A stretch of DNA of 64,000 nt from Nitrospirota bacterium (lineage in GTDB: Bacteria; Nitrospirota; UBA9217). The stretch lies in NCBI GenBank assembly GCA_963754875.1, contig CAVWHO010000020.1, forward strand, positions 192,001 through 256,000, read 5' to 3'. The notes beneath the pieces are model-generated. The model saw only the letters and a list, made by a program, of their open reading frames with translations. It searched no databases and was not told where the DNA came from. Positions 1-10,118 of this stretch are shown here, piece by piece. The translations under genes and the position numbers were made by a program. Within the stretch, counting starts at the first letter, position 1; the number at the start of each line of letters is the position of its first letter.

Positions 1-605
1 CAGTTGATGGCAAAGAAGGGGCCTTCCATGCGCTTGCTGTTAAGGTGGATGTATCGCGCGAAGAGTTCTTTGCCGGTTCCACTTTCTCCGGTGATCAGCA
101 CATTGCAGTCCGTGGGCGCGATTTGGCGCGCGGTCTCAAGCAGCTTCTGCATCGACGGGTCCTGGGTGATGATCTTGACCTTGCCCTGGTAGCTTTCGAG
201 TTGCTCGCGGAGGTGACGGTTCTCGGTCTTGAGCCTCACCTTATGCACGGCCTCCGACACGACCTTTCGCACTTCCTCCAGTTTAAACGGTTTCGCAATG
301 TAGTAGAACGCCCCATCCTTCATGGTCTCAACGGCAGAGTCGAGCGTTGCATAACCCGTGATCATGACGACTTCCGTGTCCGGGTAAAGCTCGCGGGTCT
401 TTTTTAGGATCTGCATGCCGTCTACTTTTTCCATACGGAGGTCTGTGAGCACGACGTCGAACTGCCGGTCTTCGAGAAGTTTAAGGGCGTTTGTTCCGCT
501 CTGCGTGGCCGTAACGTCGTATCCTTCTTTTTTCATCACGTGCTCAAGGTTCCTGAGGGCTATCCGTTCGTCGTCGATGATGAGCAACTTACCTGAATCG
601 GGCAT
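1..605 (-). CDS. Sigma54-dependent (NtrC/AtoC-type) response regulator, 3' end runs off the window
   Basis: Manual translation MPDSGKLLIIDDERIALRNL...VLTDLRM (receiver), then GESGTGKELFAR...GPFFAIN (sigma54 activator Walker A region); AAGGAG RBS upstream. Confidence 0.9.
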   Translation of the reverse strand, partial: MPDSGKLLIIDDERIALRNLEHVMKKEGYDVTATQSGTNALKLLEDRQFDVVLTDLRMEKVDGMQILKKTRELYPDTEVVMITGYATLDSAVETMKDGAFYYIAKPFKLEEVRKVVSEAVHKVRLKTENRHLREQLESYQGKVKIITQDPSMQKLLETARQIAPTDCNVLITGESGTGKELFARYIHLNSKRMEGPFFAIN

Positions 606-722
606 GAATATGACTCCTTGTCAAATCTTGTGAGGACCAGAGGAACGTCTATCTGGTTCATGATGCAATCTCTGTACTTCCCCTGCCTGTAACTGAGACA
701 TCTTCTGTGATTCGTTTCTTCT

Positions 723-2247
723 TTAGTACTTCATCGGCAGCCGGATTAAAAAGCTCGTCCCTTTACCGGCCTCGCTGTCAACGGCGATACACCCGTCATG
801 TTCCTCGATGATCTCATGGACGATGTACAGGCCGAGGCCCGAACCCTTTCCCACGTCTTTGGTAGTGAAGAAGGGGTCGAAAATCTTGGGAATGATGTCG
901 ACCGGGATGCCGGGACCGGTGTCCCTGATCTCGATGTCGACGGTGTCCTGGTCAAGCGTGCACTTGCCGCCGTATTTCAGGTAATTATAAATACCGATCT
1001 TTCCGTCTTCAACGTCGTCCAGTGCCCTGCGTTTCTCCGCCTTGATCGTTACCGACCCTTCGGCAGACGTTATGGCTTCAATAGCGTTCTTGATCAGGTT
1101 CAGGAACGCCTGCTGGATCCGCTGCTTGTCCGCGAAGATCACGATATCGTCGGGAACTGCAACGGTGATTGCGATCCTGGTCGGGACCTGGCCCTTGATG
1201 AACTGGATCGTTTCCTCAAAGATCTTTTTGAGTACCAGCGACTCTTTCGTGAACTCCCGGTCCCGGGAAAAGTCGAGCAGGGAGCGGACGATATTTCGCG
1301 CCCGGTCTGTTTGATCGTTGATCTGATTGATCAGTTCCTGAACAAAATCAGGGTCTACGGGCCAGGAGACGTCCGCCTGTTTGCCGCGTGCTTCTTTCAC
1401 TTCTTCCGCCAGGATCTGGTTCGACGTCGAGATGTTCGAAAGCGGATTGTTCAGCTCGTGGGCCACGCCGGAGAGGAGCGTGCCCAGGGACGCGAGCTTC
1501 TCGGACTGGATGAGGTGCCGCTCGTGCAGCTCCAACTCCTTCAGCATCTTATTGAAGGCCCGTGTCAGCGAGGCGATTTCCCGGTCTTTCGAGTCAATGG
1601 CAATGCGTTCAAACTTGCCTTCCGCGATGATGCCCATGCTCTCTTCAAGAGATTTCAACGGCTTCACCACCATCCGGGACAGGATCTGGCCGATGACGAT
1701 CACGGCGACGGACAGGATCAGGATCGAGATGACCAGGATGAGCTGAGAGTTCTTCAGCAGCAGCTGCAGGCTCCTCCGTTCGGTTTTAGCGATATCTTCC
1801 GCGGCCGTGATGATGTCCTTGCCCGTAGCACGGATATTGCCGGCGAGCATGAGCTTCCGTGCACTGCTATGCCTGCCTGCGAGTGCGTACTCTTCCATGA
1901 GCTCCCGATAGGTTTTCAAGCCGACCTGAAGCGACGATATCTGTTGCGACGAAGCAAAAGCCCTGAACCCGCGGATGTTGCGGTCGATGAGGTCCTGTGC
2001 CCGGGCAACGTACTGCACGTTTTCGTCATAGTCCGATTGCTGCTCGTAGAGAAAGAAATTCTTCTCGAATCGCCTGATCTTCGAGCGTCGTATCGAAAAA
2101 CTCGGAGATCGCCTCGCCGACGATGATCTTCCGTTCCACGAACCGGAGTTCGAGATAGGTGAAGATCGTCAGACCGATGATCAGGGCGACGATCGCATAG
2201 TAGCCCAGGGTGATCTTCTGTCGTATGCTGGGTTGATAATTGAACAT
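723..2247 (-). CDS. Membrane sensor histidine kinase (HAMP, HisKA, HATPase), split by a +1 frameshift near 2080
   Basis: ORFs 2026-2247 and 723-2018 join through ...TLEIRRFEKNFFLY; H-box GVAHELNNPL, N-box LNLIKNA, G-boxes DTGPGI and GSGLGL. Confidence 0.88.
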
Positions 2248-2270
2248 GGTTTTCGCAAAGAGAGCTTTAC

Positions 2271-2328
2271 GTCTCAGGTCTCAAGTTTCTGGTTTTAAAC
2301 TTGAGACTTGAAACTGGAGACTTGAGAC
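2271..2328. repeat. Heptamer tandem repeat (TTGAGAC/TTGAAAC) arranged as an imperfect inverted repeat
   Basis: ttgagac ttgaaac tggagac ttgagac at 2301-2328, complementary to gtctcag gtctcaa gttt at 2271-2288. Confidence 0.7.
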
Positions 2329-2330
2329 AT

Positions 2331-4328
2331 CTAAATCAGCACCGCATGTACGGCGTCCATCACGTTGTCGACCAGGCGAAGCTCGATGTCCTTTTTTACT
2401 TCTTCATCCAGTTCATCCACGTCGTCGCGGTTGCGGGCGGGCACGATCATGGTCTTGACCTTTGCTCGCTTGGCTGCCAGGACCTTTTCCCTGATGCCGC
2501 CCACCGGAAGTACCCGTCCCGTGAGAGTGATCTCGCCGGTCACGGCGATGTCCTTTCGCGCCGGGCGCCCGGTGAGCAGCGAGGCAAGGGCAAGGAGGAT
2601 GGTGATGCCGGCCGACGGGCCGTCTTTCTGGATCGCGCCGGAAGGCACATGGACGTGGATGTCTTTCTGCTCAAAAAAATTGTCAGGGATGCCGAAGGCC
2701 TCGGCATTGCTCCTGATATAGGATAGGGCCGCCTGCGCCGACTCACGCATGACGTCGCCGAGGGATCCGGTGATGATCAACTCTTTCGTGCCGTTCATTT
2801 TTGCTGCTTCCACGAAAATGATGTCTCCGCCTGTTTCGGTCCGCACGAGTCCTGTTGCGACGCCGATGCGGTCTTGCTCCTCGACCACGTCGAAGTGGTA
2901 CTTCCGTTTGCCGAGATACGTCTCGACCGCGGCCGGCGTAATCACGACGGTTTCCGGCAGACCATGCCGGTCGACAGAGGATTTGGCGATCTTTCTGCAG
3001 ATGGTAGCGATCGTGCGCTCGAGGTTCCGGATGCCTGCTTCCCGGGTGTACTCCCGGATGATTTTTGCTACGGCGTCACCGGTAAAAACGACGTCGTCCG
3101 GAGACAGACCTTTCTCGCGGATCTGTTTCGGACAGAGGAACCGTGAAGCGATAAGCGCTTTTTCCTCCTCTGTGTAACCCGAGAACTCGATTACTTCCAT
3201 GCGGTCCCGAAGCGGGGCCGGGACGGTTTCAAGCACGTTCGCGGTCAGGATAAACATGACGCCTGAAAGGTCGAAGGGAGCGTCCAGATAGTGGTCCACG
3301 AACGCGCGGTTCTGCTCCGGATCGAGCACTTCGAGCAGCGCCGATGCAGGGTCGCCCTTGAAGTCACGTCCGATCTTGTCAAGTTCGTCGAGCATGATCA
3401 CCGGGTTGGCCGATTCGACGCGGCGGATCTCCTCTATCACCCTGCCGGGCTTCGCCCCGACGTACGTGCGGCGGTGCCCCCGGATGTCTGCTTCGTCCTT
3501 GAGGCCGCCGAGGGCGATGCGGGTGAACTTTCTGCCGAGGGCCCGCGCAATGGAACGGCCGAGGGACGTCTTGCCTGTACCCGGAGGACCGGCGAAACAG
3601 AGGACCGAGCCCTTCGTGTTTGCCCGCACTGTCTTTGTATCCAATGCCTTCTTGATGGTGTCACGGACTTCATCGAGCTTAAAGGGCTTCGCAATATAGT
3701 GGAAAGCCCCTTTTTGCATTGCCTCGATGGCGGAGGGGACCGTGGCAAAGCCGGTTATCATGACGACCCGGGCGTCCGGGTACCGGACCTTGATCCGGTC
3801 CAGGAGGTCCATGCCGTCGATTTTCCCCATGCGAAGGTCGGTCAGCACTACATCGAACTCGTCCATGTCGAGCTCTTTGAGCGCATCTTCGCCGCCTGCT
3901 ACGGCAACCACGTCATACTCTTCCTTCGTAAGCACGTGAGCAAGGTTCTTTCGCGCGATCTCTTCATCATCGACGATCAGGATTCGTGCCTTTTTGCTCA
4001 TCCTGAGCACCTTCACGGCCAGGTGCTCGAGGACCCGCTCCTTGATCGTGCTGAGGCCGTAGTGGTTTTCGTTCAGGATACGCTCGGCACGGGAGAGGTC
4101 GAGATTGTCTTCGGTCTTTTTGTTCCACGGCAGACAGGCGAGGTAGTCGATGTAGGTCACACCGATGGTGTATTCGGCAGACGATGGGCTGATCTTTGCC
4201 AGGATCGAGAGCTCCTGATCAGCGATCTTCTCCACCGGCCCGGGCATGCCGGCGCGAGATATTTTCTGGCGCAGCTCGGCAATGATAAGTTCGTGCTCGT
4301 TGTCGTCCGATTTTTTAAAAAATTTCAT
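2331..4328 (-). CDS. lon: Lon (S16) ATP-dependent protease lacking the N-terminal domain, with an inserted receiver domain
   Basis: HYGLSTIKERVLEHLAV, Walker A GPPGTGKT, GHRRTYVGA, Walker B LDELDK, catalytic KDGPSAG and REKVLAA; REC motifs ILIVDDEE, VLTDLRM, IAKPF. Confidence 0.92.
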   Translation of the reverse strand: MKFFKKSDDNEHELIIAELRQKISRAGMPGPVEKIADQELSILAKISPSSAEYTIGVTYIDYLACLPWNKKTEDNLDLSRAERILNENHYGLSTIKERVLEHLAVKVLRMSKKARILIVDDEEIARKNLAHVLTKEEYDVVAVAGGEDALKELDMDEFDVVLTDLRMGKIDGMDLLDRIKVRYPDARVVMITGFATVPSAIEAMQKGAFHYIAKPFKLDEVRDTIKKALDTKTVRANTKGSVLCFAGPPGTGKTSLGRSIARALGRKFTRIALGGLKDEADIRGHRRTYVGAKPGRVIEEIRRVESANPVIMLDELDKIGRDFKGDPASALLEVLDPEQNRAFVDHYLDAPFDLSGVMFILTANVLETVPAPLRDRMEVIEFSGYTEEEKALIASRFLCPKQIREKGLSPDDVVFTGDAVAKIIREYTREAGIRNLERTIATICRKIAKSSVDRHGLPETVVITPAAVETYLGKRKYHFDVVEEQDRIGVATGLVRTETGGDIIFVEAAKMNGTKELIITGSLGDVMRESAQAALSYIRSNAEAFGIPDNFFEQKDIHVHVPSGAIQKDGPSAGITILLALASLLTGRPARKDIAVTGEITLTGRVLPVGGIREKVLAAKRAKVKTMIVPARNRDDVDELDEEVKKDIELRLVDNVMDAVHAVLI

Positions 4329-4532
4329 GTGCCTTCGTAAAAAACAATAAAGTGGTTGCATTTTACAACGTTCAGATTATCAATGCAACACTCAAAAAAT
4401 CTTTTTTATTCAACGCGTAGCATGACTTTAGAGATAAAGCATTGCATTCTAAAACAATGGTGGACGAAAGTACGATTTTTTATATTTATGTATTGTATCA
4501 TTTTTTCAATGCATTATGCCGAGAAAAGGTTT

Positions 4533-4548
4533 TGGCACGAAGGTTGTA
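4533..4548 (+). promoter_or_regulatory. Sigma54 -24/-12 promoter (variant) for the TauE/USP operon
   Basis: TGGCACGAAGGTTGTA (GG-N10-GT); AT-rich upstream region with repeated TGCA half sites; sigma54 activator encoded divergently. Confidence 0.65.
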
Positions 4549-4602
4549 ATTAGGAATAGTGAAAGAGCACAAGAAAACATCACGGGAAAGGAGGAACAGA
4601 GT

Positions 4603-4779
4603 ATGAAAACCTTAATGGAGAAATTAGAAACCACCATGGCGGCAGCTGCATTTGCAGAGGAAGGCGAGTTCGAGACCGCCCTCCAGATCCTGAGGGAAGA
4701 TCAGCCGAGAAAAACCGACAGGCCGTCTGTTCATGATTATAAGAGACCATCTGCCAGAAAAGAACTGCGAGCCGACTGA
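4603..4779 (+). CDS. Small hypothetical protein with AAFAEEGE motif (58 aa)
   Basis: AAGGAGG RBS; MKTLMEKLETTMAAAAFAEEGEFETALQIL. Confidence 0.75.
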   Translation: MKTLMEKLETTMAAAAFAEEGEFETALQILREDQPRKTDRPSVHDYKRPSARKELRAD

Positions 4780-4837
4780 TATTGCTGGCAACGCCTCAAG
4801 CGACTGTGAAAAAGCTGCATTCGTCAATAGAGGGACC

Positions 4838-5344
4838 ATGGAAACGACAAAGATCAAAAAGATGATGAAAATGGTGGAGCAGGCCCTGACAGCAGCATCA
4901 TTTGCCGAAGAAGGGGAAGCGGAGACCGCCAATGCATTACTGTGGGAATCGCGGCGGGTGCTGCTGGGGCTCAAGGCAGGGCAGATAGATCCCAAAACAC
5001 TGAAATACGCTCTCAACTCAGCCAGGCGGATCAATGCGCATCTCGACATTCTCTACGTTACCGGAGCGGTCAGCCAGAGTAAGGGTACGATTGATCCCGT
5101 ACTTGAGCCATTTGTGTCGGAACTAACTGCAGCAGGGATTCCTTTTCGCCTGATCCCCCGGTCCGGTTGTCTTAAACAGCAGATAATCGACTACTCGAAC
5201 AGTGAGAAGGAAATCCTGTTCGCCGTCATTGAGTCCCCGGCTACATTGGACGATGACTGCAATAAGCGCGACAAGGTGCTTGCTGAACTGTGGCGCCAAC
5301 TGAAGTGTCCGCTCGTCGTGGTTATGGACGGGGCTGGGGCGTAA
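4838..5344 (+). CDS. Hypothetical protein, AFAEEGE-type motif plus USP-like domain
   Basis: ASFAEEGEAETA, then beta/alpha pattern ending LKCPLVVV as in universal stress proteins. Confidence 0.7.
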   Translation: METTKIKKMMKMVEQALTAASFAEEGEAETANALLWESRRVLLGLKAGQIDPKTLKYALNSARRINAHLDILYVTGAVSQSKGTIDPVLEPFVSELTAAGIPFRLIPRSGCLKQQIIDYSNSEKEILFAVIESPATLDDDCNKRDKVLAELWRQLKCPLVVVMDGAGA

Positions 5345-5353
5345 TTAAGATAA

Positions 5354-5397
5354 GTCTCAAGTTTCATGTCTCAGGTCTCAAGAAACTCAAGTTTCAA
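5354..5397 (+). repeat. Heptamer tandem repeat (GTCTCAA-like)
   Basis: gtctcaa gtttcat gtctcag gtctcaa ... gtttcaa, same unit as 2271-2328. Confidence 0.65.
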
Positions 5398-5449
5398 GTC
5401 AAACCAGAAAACTCAATACAATATTATTTCAATTCAAGGAGGATTTATC

Positions 5450-5701
5450 ATGGCACACAGCACCACGAAGAAAAAGCCGGTCGCTGCGATGATCGTTATG
5501 GGCATCATATCCCTGGCGCTCTATGCGGCGCTCCTGCTCAAACAGGATATGGTAAACAGTATTTTTGCCAAGGGCGGGCTGTACGCGCTGCTGCCGATCA
5601 TCACGGCATTCATTTTTTCGTTTTTCCACGGCTCGTTTACCGGGCATTTCTGGACCGTACTCGGCGTAGAAGCGTCAAAGAAAAAAATGGAGGTAAAATA
5701 A
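5450..5701 (+). CDS. Small two-helix membrane protein
   Basis: AAGGAGG RBS; two hydrophobic segments, FSFFHGSFTGHFW motif; abuts the TauE gene. Confidence 0.8.
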   Translation: MAHSTTKKKPVAAMIVMGIISLALYAALLLKQDMVNSIFAKGGLYALLPIITAFIFSFFHGSFTGHFWTVLGVEASKKKMEVK

Positions 5702-5702
5702 C

Positions 5703-6785
5703 ATGGACGATATCGTGACGAATTTCATCAATCTTGACGCTATTACCATCCTCTATCTGTTCGGTGTCGGATTTGTCGGCGGTCTGGTCAGCGGATTTAT
5801 CGGTTCGGGCGGCGCTTTTGTTCTCACGCCGGGCATGATGAGCCTGGGCGTCCCTGGTCTCGTTGCAGTGGCGAGCAATATGTGCCACAAGTTTCCCAAA
5901 GCGCTCGTGGGTTCAATCAAACGTGCAAAATACGGGCAGGTTGACGTAAAGCTCGGCATTGTACTGGGTATTTCGGCTGAAGCCGGCGTGCTCTACGGCG
6001 CCCAGATCCAGGAAAACATCAAAAAAGCCTTCGGTGATGCCGGTTCCAATCTGTACGTGAGCGTGGCTTTTGTTGTGATTTTGGCAACGGTCGGCGGCTT
6101 CGTTCTTTATGACGCGTGGAAAACCTACAAGGCCGGAAACTCCCATGCCGTGGAAACGACCGGGAAACTGGCCAAGTGGGTGCAGTCCATCAATATCCCC
6201 GGCACCATGGTCTATTTCAAGAGCATCAATGCACGCGTATCTATCCTCTTCACGATCCCCCTCGGGTTTGCCACCGGCATGCTGGCAGCCACGATCGCGG
6301 TCGGCGGCTTCATCGGCGTCCCCTCTATGATCTACGTCCTCGGTGCACCCAGCCTCATGGCCTCGGCCACGGAGCTGGTGATCGCTTTCGTCATGGGCCT
6401 CGGCGGTTCGCTCAAGTATGCCATGCACGGCATGGTCGACATCCGCCTTGCCATGATCATCCTCGCGGGATCGCTCTTCGGCATTCAGCTCGGAGCAATC
6501 GGCACAACCTATGTGAAGCCCTTCATGATCAAGGTCGTCATGGGCCTGATCATGGTAATCGTATTGTTCAGCCGGGGCCTCATGGTCCCTGTGTATCTTG
6601 CCCAGCTCGGTCTCATTGATAAATTGGGCGAGGGAACGGTGTCGTTGCTCAAGACCACGAGCTTTGCGATAATGATCTTTGCACTGATGCTCGGTGCCTT
6701 CATCGTCCTTCGTGCCATGTGGCAGGGACGCCAGGCCGAGAGATTACAGCATGCGACTGGAGCCCTGGAACGTGGGGAAGTATAG
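5703..6785 (+). CDS. Sulfite exporter TauE/SafE (TSUP) family permease
   Basis: Multi-TM; GFVGGLVSGFIGSGGAFVLTP and the repeated AVGGFIGVP motif. Confidence 0.85.
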   Translation: MDDIVTNFINLDAITILYLFGVGFVGGLVSGFIGSGGAFVLTPGMMSLGVPGLVAVASNMCHKFPKALVGSIKRAKYGQVDVKLGIVLGISAEAGVLYGAQIQENIKKAFGDAGSNLYVSVAFVVILATVGGFVLYDAWKTYKAGNSHAVETTGKLAKWVQSINIPGTMVYFKSINARVSILFTIPLGFATGMLAATIAVGGFIGVPSMIYVLGAPSLMASATELVIAFVMGLGGSLKYAMHGMVDIRLAMIILAGSLFGIQLGAIGTTYVKPFMIKVVMGLIMVIVLFSRGLMVPVYLAQLGLIDKLGEGTVSLLKTTSFAIMIFALMLGAFIVLRAMWQGRQAERLQHATGALERGEV

Positions 6786-7626
6786 GAAGATCCTTGTTGC
6801 TGTAGACGGATCGGAATCGAGCCGGAACGCCCTTCACCAGGCGTTCCGGTTTGCTATTGATGAGAAATGCTGGATCACCGTGACGTCGGTGGTGCCCCCG
6901 TACGAGGGGGAGATAGAGATCCTTGGCGTCAGGGACATCCGCGCTGCCTTGCGGAAACCTTGTGAAGAGGCCCTGGATGATGCCCAACGGTTCGCGGACG
7001 AGGAGCGCGCTCTCATCAAGACGGTTTGCGAAGAAGGGGAGGCGCATGAGCGCATTGTCGAACTTGCCGACGCGGAGAACTGTGACCTCATCATCATGGG
7101 GCGGCGGGGGCTCCGGCCCGTCGAGCGCATGCTGGTCGGGCGCGTCACGGCGCGGGTCATCGGCCATACGCATCTCGATGTCCTGGTTGTCCCGAACAAT
7201 ACGACCGTCGGCTGGAAAAAAATCGTGCTGGCGACCGACGGTTCGAAGTACAGCGCGGCAGCGGCAGAACGGGCGATCGCCTTTGCCAAATCCTACGGCG
7301 GGGAACTGAAAGTCCTGTCGGTTGCTGACCTGCCTCCGGAATTTTATGCCGAAGCCCCCCAAGCAGTAGAGGATCTTGTGCACAAAGCGAAAGGGTTCGT
7401 GTCTGCTGTAAAAAAACAGGCCGAGGCTGTGGGAGTGCCGGCAGAGACCTTTGTGGGGGAGGCGGAAGCGTATCAGGCGATCAATAACCTTAGGTGGGAT
7501 CAGAAGGCCGACATCATCGTCCTGGGGTCGCATGGCAGGACCGGTCTGCGCCGTCTCCTCATGGGAAGCGTCACTGAAAAAGTCATCGGATATGCGTCCT
7601 GTCCCGTGCTCGTTGTCAAAACGTAA
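6772..7626 (+). CDS. Tandem-domain universal stress protein
   Basis: Two USP domains: KILVAVDGS...IIMGRRG and KIVLATDGS...VLGSHGRTG...GSVTEKV; GTG start. Confidence 0.9.
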   Translation: MGKYRKILVAVDGSESSRNALHQAFRFAIDEKCWITVTSVVPPYEGEIEILGVRDIRAALRKPCEEALDDAQRFADEERALIKTVCEEGEAHERIVELADAENCDLIIMGRRGLRPVERMLVGRVTARVIGHTHLDVLVVPNNTTVGWKKIVLATDGSKYSAAAAERAIAFAKSYGGELKVLSVADLPPEFYAEAPQAVEDLVHKAKGFVSAVKKQAEAVGVPAETFVGEAEAYQAINNLRWDQKADIIVLGSHGRTGLRRLLMGSVTEKVIGYASCPVLVVKT

Positions 7627-7868
7627 TGCCATTTAGATGTTAATCTCATGGATCCCGCAACTTGCAATCCCCCGGCTCCTGCCTGCCGGAGGGTGCCCCA
7701 TTCGCACTCCCTGCTTATCCTGAATTTATTTGTCAGAACGATCTCTGTCAATGGGTACAACGACGCCGAAGGCTGGCTGGGAATAAAAAAAATCGGTTAT
7801 GCTCTCTGCCTCATGTTCGTCGAGTAACCGTGAACAGGCGCCGGAGGCCTCCTTCGCCCATTTATGAA

Positions 7869-7897
7869 TTGACAGCATGAAGAAAGGCCGGTATAAT
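7869..7897 (+). promoter_or_regulatory. Perfect consensus sigma70 promoter for tatA
   Basis: TTGACA-17 nt-TATAAT, followed by AAGGAGG RBS. Confidence 0.85.
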
Positions 7898-7923
7898 AAA
7901 TTGTCGTTAAGGAGGGGAACACC

Positions 7924-8124
7924 ATGTTTGAAGGCCTGTTTCAGCCCATGCATCTGATTCTTATCTTGCTTATTGTGCTCATCATTTTTGGACCCGGCAA
8001 GCTTCCCGAACTCGGCGAGGGGCTCGGAAAAAGCATTAAAGCTTTTAAGAAGGCCATGAAGGACGAGAGCAGCGAAAAAACCGAAATACCAACCATAGAG
8101 CACAAGGAAGAAAAAAAGGCGTAG
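7924..8124 (+). CDS. tatA: Twin-arginine translocase subunit TatA/E
   Basis: N-terminal TM, IIFGPGKLPELGEGLGKSIKAFKKA. Confidence 0.93.
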   Translation: MFEGLFQPMHLILILLIVLIIFGPGKLPELGEGLGKSIKAFKKAMKDESSEKTEIPTIEHKEEKKA

Positions 8125-8168
8125 CCTACACCCCGCCATATCAGTTCCTTTTGAATATTCAGCATACC

Positions 8169-8212
8169 AAAGACACGGGTTGAGGTAGTGATCCTCAATC
8201 CGTGTCTTTTTT
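8169..8212 (+). terminator. Intrinsic terminator after tatA
   Basis: aaagacacgggttgagg / cctcaatccgtgtcttt stem followed by T run. Confidence 0.75.
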
Positions 8213-8303
8213 GTGTTTATCCCGTTGTTTACCGGCAACTCCAGGAACAACGATAGTAAACCGGATAGATTCGGTCATTGAATACTGTTTGTCCATTATC
8301 TTT

Positions 8304-10118
8304 ATGCCTGACACAACCTCCTCGTTCAGAGGAATCATAAAGTCTCTCGGCCTGGTCTTCGGCGACATCGGCACAAGCCCGATCTACACCCTCACGGTCA
8401 TTATCCTGCTCACCCCGCCGACGATGGAAAACGTGATCGGCGTACTATCGCTCATCGTCTGGACTCTCATCATATTGGTGACCGTGGAGTATGCATGGCT
8501 CGCCATGAGTCTGGGCAAGCGCGGCGAGGGCGGGACCATAGTGCTTAGGGAGCTACTGGTGCCGCTGCTGAAGACAGGCCGGCAGGTGAGCCTTGTAACG
8601 CTGCTCTCCTTTATCGGCATTTCGCTCATCATCGGAGACGGTGTCATCACTCCTGCCATCAGTATCCTATCCGCTGTGGAAGGCATGCTTCTGATCAAGG
8701 GGCTTGAGGGGATAAGCCAGACGTCCCTCGTGGTCATCGCCGGTGCCATCGCCATCCTGCTCTTTTCATTTCAAAAAAAGGGAACCGAGCGCGTTGCCGG
8801 CGCTTTTGGCCCCCTGATGCTGGTTTGGTTTGCTGCCTTGAGTGTGTCGGGCCTGGCCTCCATCGTCCAGGTACCTGTGGTGATCAAGGCGATCAACCCT
8901 TACTACGCCCTTGTCTTCCTCGTCAAAAACGGAATAGGCGGGTTCTTCGTACTCTCCGAGGTTATTCTGTGCGCAACGGGCGGTGAAGCACTTTATGCCG
9001 ACATGGGCCATCTCGGCCGTGAGCCCATCGTCCGGGCATGGTACTTCGTTTTCATTGCACTCGTGCTCAATTATCTCGGCCAGGGCGCCTTTTTGATCCA
9101 GCATCCCGATGCCAAGAACGTGCTGTTCGAAATGGTCTATCACCAGGCACAATTCCTCTACATCCCGTTCCTTGTCCTCTCCATCATTGCAACGGTCATT
9201 GCGTCACAAGCGATGATCAGCGGCATGTTCTCGATCGTCTATCAGGGTATCACGACGCGGATCATGCCCATGTTCAAGGTCGATTACACGTCCGAAGAAC
9301 GACACTCCCAGATATATATCGGCTTCGTAAACTGGTTCCTGCTCTTCTGTGTGCTCTACATTATCAAAGAGTTCCGCGAATCAAGCAAGCTGGCTGCCGC
9401 CTACGGTCTGGCTGTCACCGGCACCATGACCCTTACCGGCATCTTCATGACCTGGATTTTCATGCTCCGGAAAAAATACGGACATGCGGCCGTTTCCCTG
9501 CTCGTCACGTTCGTAACTTTCACCTTTCTGTTGTCCAATACCTACAAGATACCGCACGGCGGGTATTGGTCCATCATTATTGCAGCCATCCCGTTTTCTA
9601 TCATCATGCTCTACCGCGTGGGGCAGCGGAAGCTCTACAATGCGCTCCAACCTCTGCCGATCGATGTTTTTTTGCTGAGCTACAATCAAATTTATCAAAG
9701 GGCGAGCAAGATCAACGGTACGGCGCTTTATTTTGCCAAGGATGCCAAAGAAATACCGCCCTACATCGTCCATACGATGTTCAAGAACAATATCCTTTAC
9801 GAAGACAATATTATTGTTTCAATCGTAAAGCGGGAAGACCCCTTCGGCGTTACCGGATTTTTCAAAGGGGAGCTTGCCCAGGGCCTGCGCGCCTTCGAGA
9901 TTCAGATGGGATACATGGAAGTGCCCGATGTTGAGGAGATTCTTAGGGAGGCGGGGATCCAGGAGAAGACGATTTTCTACGGCGTCGAGGACATCCTGCC
10001 GAGCAACCTTATCTGGCAGATTTTTTCGTTGATCAAGAGGCTGACGCCGAACATCGTCCAGTTCTACAAACTTCCTTACAATAAACTTCACGGTGTCGTG
10101 ACGAGGATTGAGTTATAA
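8304..10118 (+). CDS. kup: KUP/HAK/KT potassium transporter
   Basis: LGLVFGDIGTSPIY, GEGG, GDGVITPAISILSAVEG, TGGEALYADMGH, LAAAYGLAVTGTM. Confidence 0.95.
   Translation: MPDTTSSFRGIIKSLGLVFGDIGTSPIYTLTVIILLTPPTMENVIGVLSLIVWTLIILVTVEYAWLAMSLGKRGEGGTIVLRELLVPLLKTGRQVSLVTLLSFIGISLIIGDGVITPAISILSAVEGMLLIKGLEGISQTSLVVIAGAIAILLFSFQKKGTERVAGAFGPLMLVWFAALSVSGLASIVQVPVVIKAINPYYALVFLVKNGIGGFFVLSEVILCATGGEALYADMGHLGREPIVRAWYFVFIALVLNYLGQGAFLIQHPDAKNVLFEMVYHQAQFLYIPFLVLSIIATVIASQAMISGMFSIVYQGITTRIMPMFKVDYTSEERHSQIYIGFVNWFLLFCVLYIIKEFRESSKLAAAYGLAVTGTMTLTGIFMTWIFMLRKKYGHAAVSLLVTFVTFTFLLSNTYKIPHGGYWSIIIAAIPFSIIMLYRVGQRKLYNALQPLPIDVFLLSYNQIYQRASKINGTALYFAKDAKEIPPYIVHTMFKNNILYEDNIIVSIVKREDPFGVTGFFKGELAQGLRAFEIQMGYMEVPDVEEILREAGIQEKTIFYGVEDILPSNLIWQIFSLIKRLTPNIVQFYKLPYNKLHGVVTRIEL

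Noticed and set aside
8125..8303. c-di-AMP or other riboswitch upstream of kup
   Set aside because: No aptamer consensus recognised; the hairpin is adequately explained as the tatA terminator
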